A stretch of 64,000 nt of DNA from contig NC_043009.1 of assembly GCF_006345805.1 (NCBI RefSeq), positions 61,132,001 through 61,196,000 of the forward strand, in the 5' to 3' direction. Positions 48,064-62,259 of this stretch are shown here, piece after piece. The notes beneath the pieces were generated by a model that saw nothing but the letters and a program-made list of their open reading frames with translations, made no database searches and was not told the origin of the DNA. Source of the stretch: Octopus sinensis (Eukaryota). Made by a program: the position numbers and the translations under genes. Position 1 is the stretch's first letter; every line of letters begins with the position of its first letter.

Positions 48064-48135
48064 CACACACACACACGTATATATATATATATAAATACAT
48101 GTATATACATATATATATATATATGCATATGCACA
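47250..48135. repeat. Cluster of (TA)n, (CA)n and (CATA)n microsatellites
   Basis: Includes a long pure (CATA)n run at about 47645-47722. Confidence 0.85.
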
Positions 48136-48595
48136 CACTATTACACTTTAAGTATTCTTGGGAATCTTTTCCCTAATATTCTTTAGTGCTGATTCTAAGT
48201 TACCAAAGGGCTACTATTATTAAGGCTTTTTTCAACAAATGTCTCCATTTCCTCGGCAAGTATGTGGACTTGCAGTTAGGAATAATTTGTCCATTTGTAT
48301 ATGTAAAGAGCAGATGTATATATATATATATACATATATGTTAGTTGGCAGGTATTCATTGCCTTACCTCTTGTCAGAAAAATAATAATATTAATAATGG
48401 TTCCTCTTTTTTTGACTAGGCAAAAAGGCACTATATTTCAGGGAAGTGGTTAAAAAGGAACTTGTAACATTCATGCCTCTCCAAAGGACAACGTGGATGT
48501 AACTGAAGTCTACTTGCACCAACTGAGAATCAAAACTAAACTGCTCTCTCTCCATCACTTTTTACTAGAAAATTATCCCTTGCACTACAGTTCTT

Positions 48596-48627
48596 GTAAT
48601 AATAATAATAATAATATAATAATAATA

Positions 48628-48697
<70 letters not shown>

Positions 48698-48950
48698 AAT
48701 AATGATGATAATAATAATAATTCTTTCTACTATAGGCATAAGGCCTGAAACTTTCGGTGAGTCAATACATCAACCCTTATACTCAACTGATAATGATTTT
48801 AATGACCCTGAAAGGTTGAAAGGCAAAGCCAACCCCAGGGGAATTTGAACTCAGAACATAGCGACAGAAAAAATGCCACTAAGCATTTTGCCTGACATGC
48901 TAACGATTCTGCCAGCTCACCACCTTAATAATAACAATAACAACAACAAC

Positions 48951-49028
<78 letters not shown>

Positions 49029-49030
49029 TT
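48596..49030. repeat. (AAT)n tracts flanking a family A SINE
   Basis: (AAT)n at 48596-48720 and 48928-49030. Confidence 0.9.
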
Positions 49031-50003
49031 CTGAATTAGGCATAAAACCAGGAATTTGGGAGTGGGAAGCAGTCGATTATATCAATCTTCAGATCTTTAC
49101 TGTTATGTGTTCTATTAAAATCAGTTTGATTTGAAATATGGGAAGGCAAATTTGAGTGAGATTTGAACTCAGAATGTATAGAGAAGCAACTTAATGCCAC
49201 GGGTTATTTTATTGAACACTCTACAGATTCTGCCAATCAATTAGCCTAGTAGTAGTAATAATTGCTAACACTGACACAAGGCCACATTCTTTTGGGAGAG
49301 GGAAATCAACCCCAGTACATAGCGGGTACTTTTATTTTATCAACCCTAGAAGGATGAAAGGTAAAATTCTCTTTGGCAGGAATTGAACTCAGAATGTATC
49401 TCAATACAGAAAGGCATTTCATCTGGTGTTCAACTCATTCTGCTAAACTACTATTCTGTCTACTGATTCTGTTGATCCAGCATTTCGTCTGACACTTTAT
49501 GGATTCTGCCAAACTGTTTTTTTCTAATTTGGCCCAAGACAACACATTTGCAAAGGAGTAGGAAGGAAGTTGACTTAAATGACTCCAGTAGATGACTGGT
49601 ACTATTTTACAGAACACATAAGTTATATAAAAAAAAAAATGCAATACAGTCAACCATTTGCTGGATTTGATCTCAGGACATAAAATATTCAGTCTGGTAT
49701 ATTCTCTCCCATCTGTACTATTACTACTTGTAATATCTATGATGATATCTTCAATTAGCACAAGGCCACATATTCACTGACAAGGAAAATAGTTCATTGA
49801 ATTCAAAAATCCAGTAGTTTACTGGTATTTATTTTATTAACCCTAGAGATAAGAAAGTCAAAAAATTAACTAGGTGGGATTTGAACTCAGATCAGAAATA
49901 AGAGTTGTCAATAAATAATCTAGCGCTGTATTGTTTCTGCCACTCACCATCCTTACTTCTACCTCTACTACTACTATTACTACTACTACTACAAGGAATC
50001 AAA

Positions 50004-50041
<38 letters not shown>

Positions 50042-51109
50042 TAATAATAATAATTCATTGAAATTAATCTAAAAGAAAACAAGCAGTCGTTTAGTGAATA
50101 ATGACAAGGTTTTTAGGTAAATTTGGAAATATATATATATATATATAAAAAAAAATATTCACAGGAACTTTGACAGACAAGAAAGAACTGTTGTATTGCT
50201 GTTTTGTAGAGAAGGTATAAAATACTAATGGCAGACAAATGGTACACCGCTACAAATATCTTTCTTTTCCTTACTAAGATATTCAACAACAAAAGATTTT
50301 CACATTTTAATGGTTTAGTTACAAATTTTTCTCTTCTTTTACCTTCATTCAAATAATTATTTTTTTCAAGTTCTTTTCATAAATTTTTTTCAATTTTTTT
50401 TTAAACGAACTCAGTTTTTTAAAAAATATGTATACTAGTTTTAAAAAAATGTTTGCATGTCATATCTTTGAACCAGAGCGAGTTGAAAAAATGGTTAATA
50501 ACTAAGTGGGAGGTGGGGCAAAATACAGGAAAAAGAAAGGGGAAACAACATGACAGTATAAATAACAAGAAGATCAACAACAAAAATAGGACTTTGGTAT
50601 ATTTTGCGATCTTTTGAAGAGTTGATAAAAGAGGGGAAAAAATGGAAACATTTTATTTTCAAATATAATTCTTACAGAAATTGACAAAATTTATATTTTT
50701 TTCCTTTACTATAAGATAAAAAGAAACATTTTAAAGTAAGAGACAGAAGGAAAAAATCCAACCCAAAGCAGCAATTTAAGTACAACAGAAAAGAATTATG
50801 GGAAATGAAAGGAATAAGGTGAAAAATGAAGTATCATGGGATATGAATGGAATAAGGTAAAAGAGATTTTAAGAGAAAGCAGAAAATATAAGACAAAATT
50901 AAAAGGAGGGGAAAAATGTAGAAGGGAATTGAAGGAATTTTGTCTTTGTTTTTTTTTGTTTTTATTTATTTCTTTATTAAAAAGAAAGTTAATAAATTAA
51001 ATTTAAAAAAAAGGATACATTTAGACATTTTCATCTTTGTAATGTTGATAAAATTCAAATCTCTTTGGGCACTTGGAGATGAAAAAATTCCTTTTTAATT
51101 CATATATAC

Positions 51110-51573
51110 ATACATGTTATATATTGTGTGTGTGTGTGTACATATATATGTATATATATGTGTATGTGTATATATATACACATAAACATCATATATGCAA
51201 GTGTGTGTGTGTGTGTGTATATATATATTATATGCATGTGTATATATATATTATATATGCATGTATATATTATATATATGCATGTATATATATGTATATA
51301 TATATGTGTGTACATGAGTATATATATGTGTATATAGATATCTATAGATATAAATAGATACACACAGAAACGCACATGCATATACACATATATTTGCATG
51401 TATATATACATATTTGTGTATAAATATGTATGTGTGTATATATATATATACACACACATATATATATATATATAATGTAGTGTGGAAATTATGTAAGTTT
51501 CTTGACAGGTGTAGACTTATGTGTGTATGTGTGTCTTTGTTATTGCATATGCACACAGATCTCTATGTCTATA

Positions 51574-51653
<80 letters not shown>

Positions 51654-51672
51654 TATATACATACATACACAT

Positions 51673-51711
<39 letters not shown>

Positions 51712-52030
51712 AAAAAATATATATACACACACATATATATATATACACATAATCTAGCCACAGAGATACAAATATATATATATATATGTAAGCAAATATA
51801 TATAAGTATATGAATAAATGTACATATACAAATATATCATGGCTTAAATTTTAGTATTTTCACTTAGATTTTTTTATATTTTATATTATTTTATAATTAT
51901 AATAATGATAATAATAATAATAATAATAATTGATGATAATAATAATAATAATAATAACGGTAGTAGTAATAATTATAATAATAATTACCATTATCATTAT
52001 CATTATTATTATTATCGTTATTTTTATTAT
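51110..52030. repeat. (TA)n, (TG)n and (AAT)n microsatellite block
   Basis: Direct inspection. Confidence 0.85.
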
Positions 52031-53062
52031 AATTAATGTGGGCAATATTTTGCATGCTGGCCATTCTACAAAGGATTTGACACAGTTTGTAGCGGCAGAC
52101 ACCTTCCATAAGGTGTGAAAAAAACCACAACTTGCCTAATTCAGCCACATTACAGTGAATAACCAAGACACAACAACATCAAAACCACCTCCTTAGATTA
52201 TGTATAATGTTAATTTTAAACACTCAGCAAATTGCAAATAGATTCATAAATGCATATTTAGTGAAGAAAATTTTATGAAATCTAGAAATATTTATTGATA
52301 TAATACACAAGACACAAGACACAAATAGACAAATTAAATACAACACACATACACACACATATGCAAGCTTATACACATACATTAAATGATTAAATGCATT
52401 GTGCAAACTCATATATAAACAGACATACAAACAGATACATTAATGACGCTCAAATGACTGATTGAGTAAGGAATTCCATATATTTTGAAAGTCATGGGTG
52501 ATTACTATTAGAGTAGGAAGATGTTGATCAGCTAATTTAGTGCCTGAGTTTTCATAACCTGTCAATAGATAAAGATAGTATAAATATCCTTTCAGATACC
52601 TATAGACTCATAGGGCTGGTTTCCTGGTTTTCATGACACATATATTCCCCCTGGACAGGACGCTAGTCCATTGCAGGATTAACTCATTTTTCCCAGCTGA
52701 GTGGACTCGAGCAACGTGAAATGAAGTGTTTTGTTTAAGAACACAATGCGTCGCCCAGTCCAGGAATCAAAACTACAATCTTACAATTAGTAGTTCAACA
52801 GCTTAACCACAAAGCCATGCACTGTCAATTGCACTGTGTTGACCCCTAACTCTCATTGGCCCACTTCACTTAGCTGTAAATAGGTACCATGGTGGTAATG
52901 GAGATGGCTGAAAGTATTGAGTAAATATCTATTGTTTCGTTAGCTTGCTGTGCTAAGTGCAACCTCTTCTGTGGACACAGCTTGGAAAATATGATCTGAC
53001 TTGTACCATATGCACATGAAGAAGGTTTTAGTGCTGACCAAACGACCCAGGGTCCACAACAA

Positions 53063-53265
53063 GGTCCAGTCCTTGTTGTGGTATTGTGGCCTGTGGCCTC
53101 AATGACTGTGAGAGTTATGCTAGTGAAGCACAAGCTTGTAGGTAGGGCCTCCCTTGCTGGACAGGTCAAAGGTGAGAGGCCAGATAAATATGGAACACCT
53201 CCTCTTCTCAGAGGTAAAAATAGGTTTTTGTTGGGCCAACACCCCTACTTAGAAAAAGGCAAAGT
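53063..53265 (+). mobile_element. LINE (probably RTE) 5' UTR fragment
   Basis: Homologous to 23460-23643(-). Confidence 0.55.
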
Positions 53266-53900
53266 TTCAAAAGCATCAATGAGATTACAAAACCAACAAG
53301 ACCTCCAAGAGATAGAGAACACAACCCAGAGTCAAGAACAATGGGGCAAAGCCAAACAATGGCCAAAACTCCATAGGGAATGGAGGGTTTAAATAAATAA
53401 ACAACTCAGGCTAGAGAACAACCTTTGAAGTCCAAAAGTAATTCCCTTCCAACCATAATGTCATCTTAATCCTTTAGCATTCAGATTACTTTGTCAAATA
53501 TAATTTTTATTTATTCACATTGCTTTGAATTAATCACAACATTATCTCATAGATTCGAGATTTCAATGATGTGATTATATATATTTAGAATGACATTGTA
53601 GGGTAGCTGTGACAGCCCAGTTCTAGCCAGTTTAAACCTGAAATGGCTGGTTTAAATGCTAAAGGATGATACATCATCTGTAAAATCCTAATGAATTTTT
53701 CATCCACAAATCCATAAAAAAAATCATCAAAGTTTGGGACCTATTTAGCTTAAAAGTTTCCACAATTATTTTGCATAAGAACAACAAATTTCAATTTTCC
53801 ATTTTTAATTCATTGTTCTTGTTGTTGTTATTATTTAGCCTTAAGACAACTCTGGTTAAGGAGACTTGTGAATTCTGACCGTGAGCATCTCATCTTTTAA

Positions 53901-54114
53901 CCCTTTTGTTACCGTATTTATTTTGAGATGCTCTGTGTTTTTTTCAATTAATTTGAAATATAACAAAGAATTTAAACTTGGTTATCATTCAGTTAGTGTT
54001 AGGAAAATAAATTGTGACTAAGGTTGGGTGGAAGATTTTAATTCAAAACTTATGAAAACGAGACATTTGTACTCAGAACCAGAGGCGGTTTCAGCCGGGT
54101 TGGTAATGAAAGGG
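53901..54114. mobile_element. piggyBac-type MITE, same family as 13336-13555
   Basis: TTAA-CCCTTTTGTTACC...GGTAATGAAAGGG. Confidence 0.75.
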
Positions 54115-54554
54115 TAAAGAAACAACTTATCTGACACAACATTATTATATGTCCTTATTGTTTTTTAAAGAAAGTAAGCTGTGATCTGGCTGCTATTTCT
54201 AGCAGTTTACTTCTATACTTTGTATGTTTTCTTTTGTGCTGCCTAAATATCTTCTCCCGTTATATCTTTTACGTGTGGTTGATAACAAAAAATAATATTC
54301 TGTTTATGAAAGAGTAATGATATTTGTTTAAAAAATAATTATCATATATTTATAAATGAATGGAGATGAAAACTGTCGACTAATTTACCAGTAATAATAA
54401 AATTAATAATAAAATTATTTAGTCTCAAGCTTCATCTTTGATTTTGTTACTGATCCCCAAAAGGAAAATACCATTTCATATTATGTGATGTATGTGTATA
54501 AACATATGTGCCTTGTGTGTGTATGTATCTATATATATAAATAAATAAATATAT

Positions 54555-54590
<36 letters not shown>

Positions 54591-55046
54591 AAGGTAATAA
54601 TTATAGATAGATATAGATATAGATATAGATATAGATGAATAGATAGATAGATAGATAGATAGATATGATTATGAGCCATATTCCCACTGAAATAAAAAAA
54701 ATGGTAATTTTCTCAAATTAAGATTTATCAAAACCAGAAACACCAGTTTAGTTCTATTTTTCTGTTTTATGGCTCACGGTGGTGAGTTCAATTCCTAGCG
54801 ACAAATTTTGTGTCCTTGAGCAAGACACTTTATTTCATATTACTCCAGTCCAATCAGCTGGCAGAAATGAGTAGTACCTGTATTTCAAAGGGGCCAGCCT
54901 TGTCACACTGAATCTCCCTGAGAACTATGTTAAGAGTACTTGTGTCTGTGGAGTACTCAGCCACCTGCATGTTAATTTCACAAGCAAACTGTTCCGTTAT
55001 CGTTCATATCAGCTGGGACCCTCACCGTCGTAACCGACGGAGTGCT

Positions 55047-55049
<3 letters not shown>

Positions 55050-55099
<50 letters not shown>

Positions 55100-55197
55100 T
55101 GTATATATATATGTATATATATATGTAATATATAATATATATATATATATATATGTATGTATATATATACATATATATATATATAGTATATATATTA

Positions 55198-55244
<47 letters not shown>

Positions 55245-55888
55245 ATTATATATTCATACATAAATATATATATATATAGACATATGTAACGATGATGTAT
55301 ATACAGACACACACACACACACATATGTATATATGTATGTACGTATACATGTATGGATGGATGGATGTATTTATATACACAAAATGCTGACTGTGTTTAC
55401 AAAAGTTAATATATATATACATATACATATACACAGATGTATGTCTATATTATATATATATATATACACGTAAATGGGTGTGTACACACACACACACATG
55501 CATATCTTTTTTATAGTTCTTCACTCCTTAGTGCATCCAGGAATGGTACACCAAATCATTTGTAATATTCGTTTAGCATATTTTCCTAATAGAGAAATAT
55601 TTAGAAATGAAGATAACAATATTCCAGATATTGTGAGAACTGGTCGAAGTCTGTCTGCAATTCTGATTTCTATGTTTGATAAACAGGAAACTGGAAAACA
55701 TAACTATAAAAGAGAAGTGGGGGTGGGGAAGAAAAAGAAGACTACGGTATTCTATTTTTGGACAAATGTAAATCAAATATAATCCCTTGCACAATAAAAT
55801 ATAATTGAATTCTTCAAAAAGTAGGTATAGTAAAACTTGCATAGCTTAAACTGGCCACATGTCTTGCCTTATCTACATTATAATATAC

Positions 55889-55948
<60 letters not shown>

Positions 55949-56006
55949 TATATATATATATACATGTATATATATTTATATAGATATACTGATGTACAAT
56001 AATATA

Positions 56007-56051
<45 letters not shown>

Positions 56052-56669
56052 TATATAACATACATATACACATATATTACACATCCATTCTGTATGCATA
56101 CTAGACACACATTTATCATACATGTATAGATATATATATACACGTATTTTACATTTCTGTATGAGAGAGTGTATATGTGTGTGTGTGTGTATGTAAGTGT
56201 ATGTAGGTGTGTGTGTCTGCACATAAGTGTGTATGAGTGTGTTACATGTATGGAACAAGGAAACTAAAATAAACGTTAAATGCAAGAAATGATTCCACAA
56301 AAATATGGAAGATGTCACTCCATCTAATCTAGAAATCCATTATCTGTGGTGGTCATGGGTGTGTTCCAAGGCCAAGGCCACCCAACCCTCTCCCAGAAAA
56401 ACAGACTCTTCTGCTGCTAAGAAACTATGGTACATACAATAGAGGGAGATAGCTTACTGTTTTTGTTTGTGTCTTTGTGGCTCTATCTTATCTAATCTAA
56501 TCCATCCAATCCAATCCAATCCAATCCAATCCAATCCAATCCAATCCAATCCATCCATCCATCCATCCATCCATCCATCCATCCATCCATCCATCCATCC
56601 ATCCATCCATCCATCCATCTATCTATCTGTCTGTCTGTCTATCTATCTATCAGTCTCTCTCTCTATCTC

Positions 56670-56700
<31 letters not shown>

Positions 56701-56757
56701 GTCTGTCTATCTATCTATCAGTCTCTCTCTCTCTCTATCTCTCTCTCTCTCATTATA

Positions 56758-56803
<46 letters not shown>

Positions 56804-57041
56804 TAGATAGATAGAGTGTGTGTGTGTGGTTTCTCAAACCACTTGTATATGCAAGTGCTACCAGTCAAAAGCTCTGCATACTGGAAGCCAGGAGGTGTAT
56901 ATATGTATATATATATAGATATGCACACACACACACATATATATACATATATATATATATGTATGTATGAATGCATGTATGTATGTATGTATGTATATAT
57001 TATATATATATATAAAATTTTATATATATATATATATATAT

Positions 57042-57106
<65 letters not shown>

Positions 57107-57170
57107 ATATGATTGATTGATTGATTCTAGTTTCAGCTCACGAGCTGTGGCCATGCTGGGGCACCGATAT

Positions 57171-57204
<34 letters not shown>

Positions 57205-57476
57205 GTCTTTTATTTGTCTCAGTTATTGGACTGCACCCATGCTGGGTTACTACCTTGTTGGGTTTAGTCAAGCAATTACCCTTCAGCACTTAAAACATGT
57301 CTGGTACTTATTCTATTGGTCCCATTTGCTGAACCACTAAATTACTGGAATGTAAACAAACCAACAACAGGTGTCAAGTGGTAAGGCAAGTAACAGTGAC
57401 AAACACACATACACACAAATGCATACATACATATGCACACACATATACATATATATATGTATGTATATATATATAG

Positions 57477-57516
<40 letters not shown>

Positions 57517-57710
57517 GTATATATACATATATATACAAAGATATATATATATACATACATATATATATATATATATACATACATACATATATATATATTC
57601 AAAGATATATACATACATATATATATATATGTATGTATATATATATATTTATATATATATATGTATACATATATACATATAAACATATATATATATATAT
57701 ATATACGTAT
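55050..57710. repeat. Microsatellite-dominated region including (TCCAA)n-(TCCA)n-(TCTA)n-(TC)n-(TA)n at about 56485-56800
   Basis: Direct inspection; interspersed with short unique segments and a family B SINE tail (57120-57400, -). Confidence 0.85.
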
Positions 57711-58384
57711 GTGTACATGTGTCTGGATGTGTATACACATGCTTATACAAAACAAATGTTTTTGTGCATATTTTAATGTTGTTTAATGGAGATGAAGAAA
57801 ACGAGCAAAAATAAAATAAACAAAACAGCCAAAAAAAAAAATATATATATATATATAAAACAATGAAGACTAATTAATTAGATGCTTTGTCCAGTTATAT
57901 CTTAAAAGTCTGATTAAGAATGACAATGATGACAACAACAACCATGATGATGATGATGATGATGATGGGTTTTTATATTGGTGGCACAAGACCACATATT
58001 TAGAAGGAGGATACAATCTATAAAATCATCCACCACCACCATCACTACAACCACCACCACCACCACCATCACCACATCTATTAGTACATGACTAGTATTT
58101 CATTTTACCAAACCTCGGAAGCAACATTGATTTTCCATAAGTACTCAACTCAGAATGTAAAAGAATGTGCCACAATTTCACATGATGATTCCATATACTG
58201 ACCTACCCTTACCACTATCCCTAATCTAACTGATAATAGTCTCAAAGTTTGGCACAAGGCCAGCAAGGTTGGTGGAGACAAGGTGAGTTGATTACATTGA
58301 TCTCAATACTTAACTGGTATTTACTTCATCGACCCTGAGAGGATGAAAGGAAAAGTCCACTTTGGCGGAATTTTGAAATCAGAA

Positions 58385-58555
58385 GGAGTGGCTGTGTGGA
58401 AAGTAGCTTGCTTACCAACCACATGGTTCCGGGTTCAGTCCCACTGTGTGGCACCTTGGGCAAGTGTCTTCTACTACAGCCTCAGGCTGACCAAAGCCTT
58501 GTGAGTGGATTTGGTAGTTTGGTAGACGGAAACTGAAAGAAGCTCATTGTGTGTG

Positions 58556-58591
<36 letters not shown>

Positions 58592-58830
58592 TGCATGTAT
58601 GTATGTATGTATGTATGTATGTATGTATGTTTGTGTATATGTTTGTCTCCTCCCAACATTGCTTGACAACCGATGCTGGTGTGTTTACATCCCTGTAACT
58701 TAGCGGTTTGGCAAGAAAGACCGATAGAATAAGTACTAGGTTTACAAAGAATAAGTCCTGGGGGCGATTTACTCGACTAAAGGCGGTGCTCCAGCATGGC
58801 CGCAATCAACTGAGTAAAAGAGTTAAAGAA
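58385..58830 (+). mobile_element. SINE family B inserted into a family A SINE (58250-58875, -)
   Basis: Family A sequence breaks at TTTGAAATCAGAA (58384) and resumes after 58830 with ...GATTCTGCCAGCTC. Confidence 0.75.
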
Positions 58831-60048
58831 TACAAAGCTTTTTTGCCTAGTATACCAATGATTCTGCCAGCTCTCCATCCTTTTGCTGGCTCACAATCCT
58901 GATAATCTAATTGATATTACAATCAATTATTGCTCTATTGATATGCCAACCATTGGAATCAGTAATGATAATAGTGATTCTGATATAAGTACAAGCCAAC
59001 ATCTTTTAAAGGAGGGATGTAGCTGATAAGATCCATCAATGCTCTATCAATAATATCATCTGTCACAGTCAATAATAACAGTGAGTCTGATATTGGCACA
59101 AGCCCATACATTTTAAAGAAAGGGTCTTGTGGTCTCATGCAAAATATTTCATCTGTGATATACTGTTCAACTGTTCAGTGAATTTAATGGAGAGATTGAG
59201 CTGATGTGCAGCACATTTGATGGCGATAAACAACAAACCCTTTGTACAGGCTGTTCATTAAGAGATTGTTGAACCAACTTTCTCGGACTCAAGAGATTAT
59301 CAATAATGCTTAAATGGAACTCATGTTTTGTTATTGTCCGCTGAATGAGGTAATGCAACTTCAACTTTGTTCAAATTTGAACTCAGAATGCAAAGGAACA
59401 TAACGAAATTCTGTAAGGAATTTTATCCACAATTCCACTGGTTCTTCTAAATATCATTCCACTGATTTTGCCATCTACTACTCCACTGGTACCGACACCC
59501 ACTAGCCTCCATAATAATTGACCCACAGTTTATTAGTGGTATTTTTGTTTCTATTGAACCTAGAGAGAAGAAAGTCTACAGGGACCTTACAGAGATTTCA
59601 ACTGATAAGGCCAGCAATTTTGAGGGAGGGGTAAGTTGATTACATCAACTCCAATGTTCAACTGGTATGTATTTTATCAGCCCCTGAAAAGATGAAAGGC
59701 AAAGTTGACCATGACAGAATTTGAACTCAGAAAGTGAAGATGGACAAAATGCCACTAGACATTTTACCTGGTATGCTAACAATTCTGCCGCCCACTTAAA
59801 TAATAATAATAATAATGACAATAATAATTATAATGATAATAATCCTTGCTACTATAGACACAAGGCTTGAAACTCTGAGGGAAGGGGATTACATCGACCC
59901 CAGTGTTTTACTGGTACTTAATTTATTGACCCCGAAAGAATGAAAGGCAAAGTCAACCTCATCAGGATTTGAACTAAGAATGTAAAGATGGATGAAATAC
60001 CGCTAAGCATATCACCTGGTGTGCTAACAATTCTGCCAGCTCGCCACC

Positions 60049-60083
<35 letters not shown>

Positions 60084-60964
60084 GCATCACCACCATCACC
60101 ACCATCAAATTAAATGTCAGTGAGTGTCAGTCTATAAGTAGGTGGAGTGGTATGCTGCTAGCAGAGTGCCAGGTCTAAATGTCTTGCAGTCTTTCATTCT
60201 TGTTGGATGGAAGAGCAAGTTGAGTAGCAGAAATAGAAGAACATAACATCACAATGTCAATTCTCTTGCATTTCTAAATAAAAGAAACTTGTCCAACACA
60301 ATTTTATCTCCCACTCCCCCAGGGTCAATGAAATATGTATCGACAATATCTTCAGGTTGAGGCGGATTCAATTCACTGCTATAATTATACTATATAAATA
60401 TATGTATATATATATATATATATATATCTACTATAATAATACTCTTGTGTGTTTCTCTGTCACAACATATGAATGAGAAAGGAAGGGGTGATGGCAAACT
60501 TGGTAGTAGGATGATGGAAACTGTACGTTGAAAAAAGAAATCAAACAGCATTTCAACTCTGTGTGTGTGTATGTAAAAGGGAGTCATGTGAATGTTTGTG
60601 TGTGTGTATGTGTGTGATAAGCATGAGAAAGAAAGAAAGAAAGAAAGAAACGAACTGTTGTAGTTTTCATACTTTACTGAGAGGTTTATCAACAACTGAA
60701 ATGCAATATATGATAATGAGGGCTGAAACAAGGTCTTCAACTCTCATTACTAACAACTTATTGATGTACAACCACCAACACCACCAACACCACCAACAAC
60801 AACAACAACCTCCACCATGTCCACCAGCTCCACTACCATGGCTATTAAAATACCAAAACTATCATCCCTGTGTATGTGTGTGTACGTGTGTGTGTGTATA
60901 CATACATATATATGCATGAATGTGTGTATGTGCATGTGAGTGTGTGTGATATGAATAGAAACTA

Positions 60965-61260
60965 CATAACTCCAAGGAACTGGAGTGAAGGGCATTATCA
61001 TCGGAAACACCATCGGAACAAACTCAGATGGGCTGGACATGTTGTATGGTGCATCGATAATCGGTTGACCTGTGCAGTTGCTGTGTGAGCAAAAATGACC
61101 ATTGGGAAGGCCTCCATTCAGATGGATTGACGACATTAAGAGAATAATGGGACCTTAATGGAGAAGGAGGGCAACATAAAGAATGGAATGGAGGAAATGC
61201 TGTGGCCAACGGATTCAAAGCGACATCCAGCTGTCTGAGCAAGTTAAGGTGATCAAAGTG
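60965..61260 (+). pseudogene. RTE-1-type LINE ORF C-terminal fragment
   Basis: KLRWAGHVVWCIDNRLT and, after a frameshift, GRPPFRWIDDIKRIMG: the RTE C-terminal motifs RWAGHV and GRPxxRWxDD. Confidence 0.85.
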
Positions 61261-62200
61261 ATGTAATCCCAGACTATGGCTTAGTTCTGTCTGCCAATTG
61301 GACACATCAAGTGGCTTTAAAAAATTACTTTCAAACCAGCTGAAGAGTATAAGTGATCAAGTGGACAGAACCATTGTTCAAATTTGGTGGTCATTGTTTT
61401 TCTGACATTAAATTAGCATATATAAGGCTCTGCACTACAAACATGATGCTGTATTGAGAACTCACTTTTACACCTTTGTATTATAATATACACACACGAG
61501 TATGTATATGTATGTATGTATGTATGTATGTATATGCTATCTTTTTATATGGGGTTTAACCAGACTACCATTGGTTTCATGTTAAGAGGATTTATCTCTC
61601 AACAATTATCAAGCCTATTTCCTGAGGCTTTGATACTTGTTAAGAGATATACCTCTCTTAACATGAAACCAATGGTAGCCTTTTTTAATATTTATCTTCC
61701 AATGCAGTGTTGAGTACTTATTCTCACTGTTCGATATTAATGTGTGTGTGTGTGTGTGTTTGTCTGTCTTTCACACAAACAATCAAATCATCACACATGT
61801 GTATACATTTACAGAGAAGACGAAAATAATACAATATTAATGAAAAACAAATTTATTTTAAAATGGAAGGAAAGAAAAATTGAATGAATGAAAGAAAGAA
61901 TGAAAGAAAAAGAAGAATGATAACAACAACAACAACAACAACAGAAAGTTAAAATATTTTTCAGCAAAAAGTGAAAGAAAAAGATGGAAAATTGCAGTGA
62001 GATATTTTAGGATCGTTTTAATGGAGAAATTATAAAAAGTGTATAATGGAGGGCGAGGTGTTCACTTGTCGTATGACTATAGAGGTGGGGTGTGTTTATG
62101 TAGAGTAGGGAGGGGGTATTTCTGAAATATATATATATATACATACATATATATATATATATATGAAGTGAGACAGAATGAGAGAGAGACGAAAACAGAG

Positions 62201-62259
<59 letters not shown>

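Noticed and set aside
50100-51050. Strongly A-rich, purine-skewed tract
   Set aside because: Low complexity without periodicity or ORF; a similar AT-rich character is seen at 63000-64000.
53078-53392. 104-aa ORF
   Set aside because: Mostly overlaps the LINE 5' leader repeat also found at 23460-23643; no conserved protein motif.
4885-57786. Dozens of 60-230-aa ORFs rich in Y/I/C/V/H/T
   Set aside because: Translations of (TA)n, (TG)n and (CATA)n microsatellites, which lack stops in several frames.
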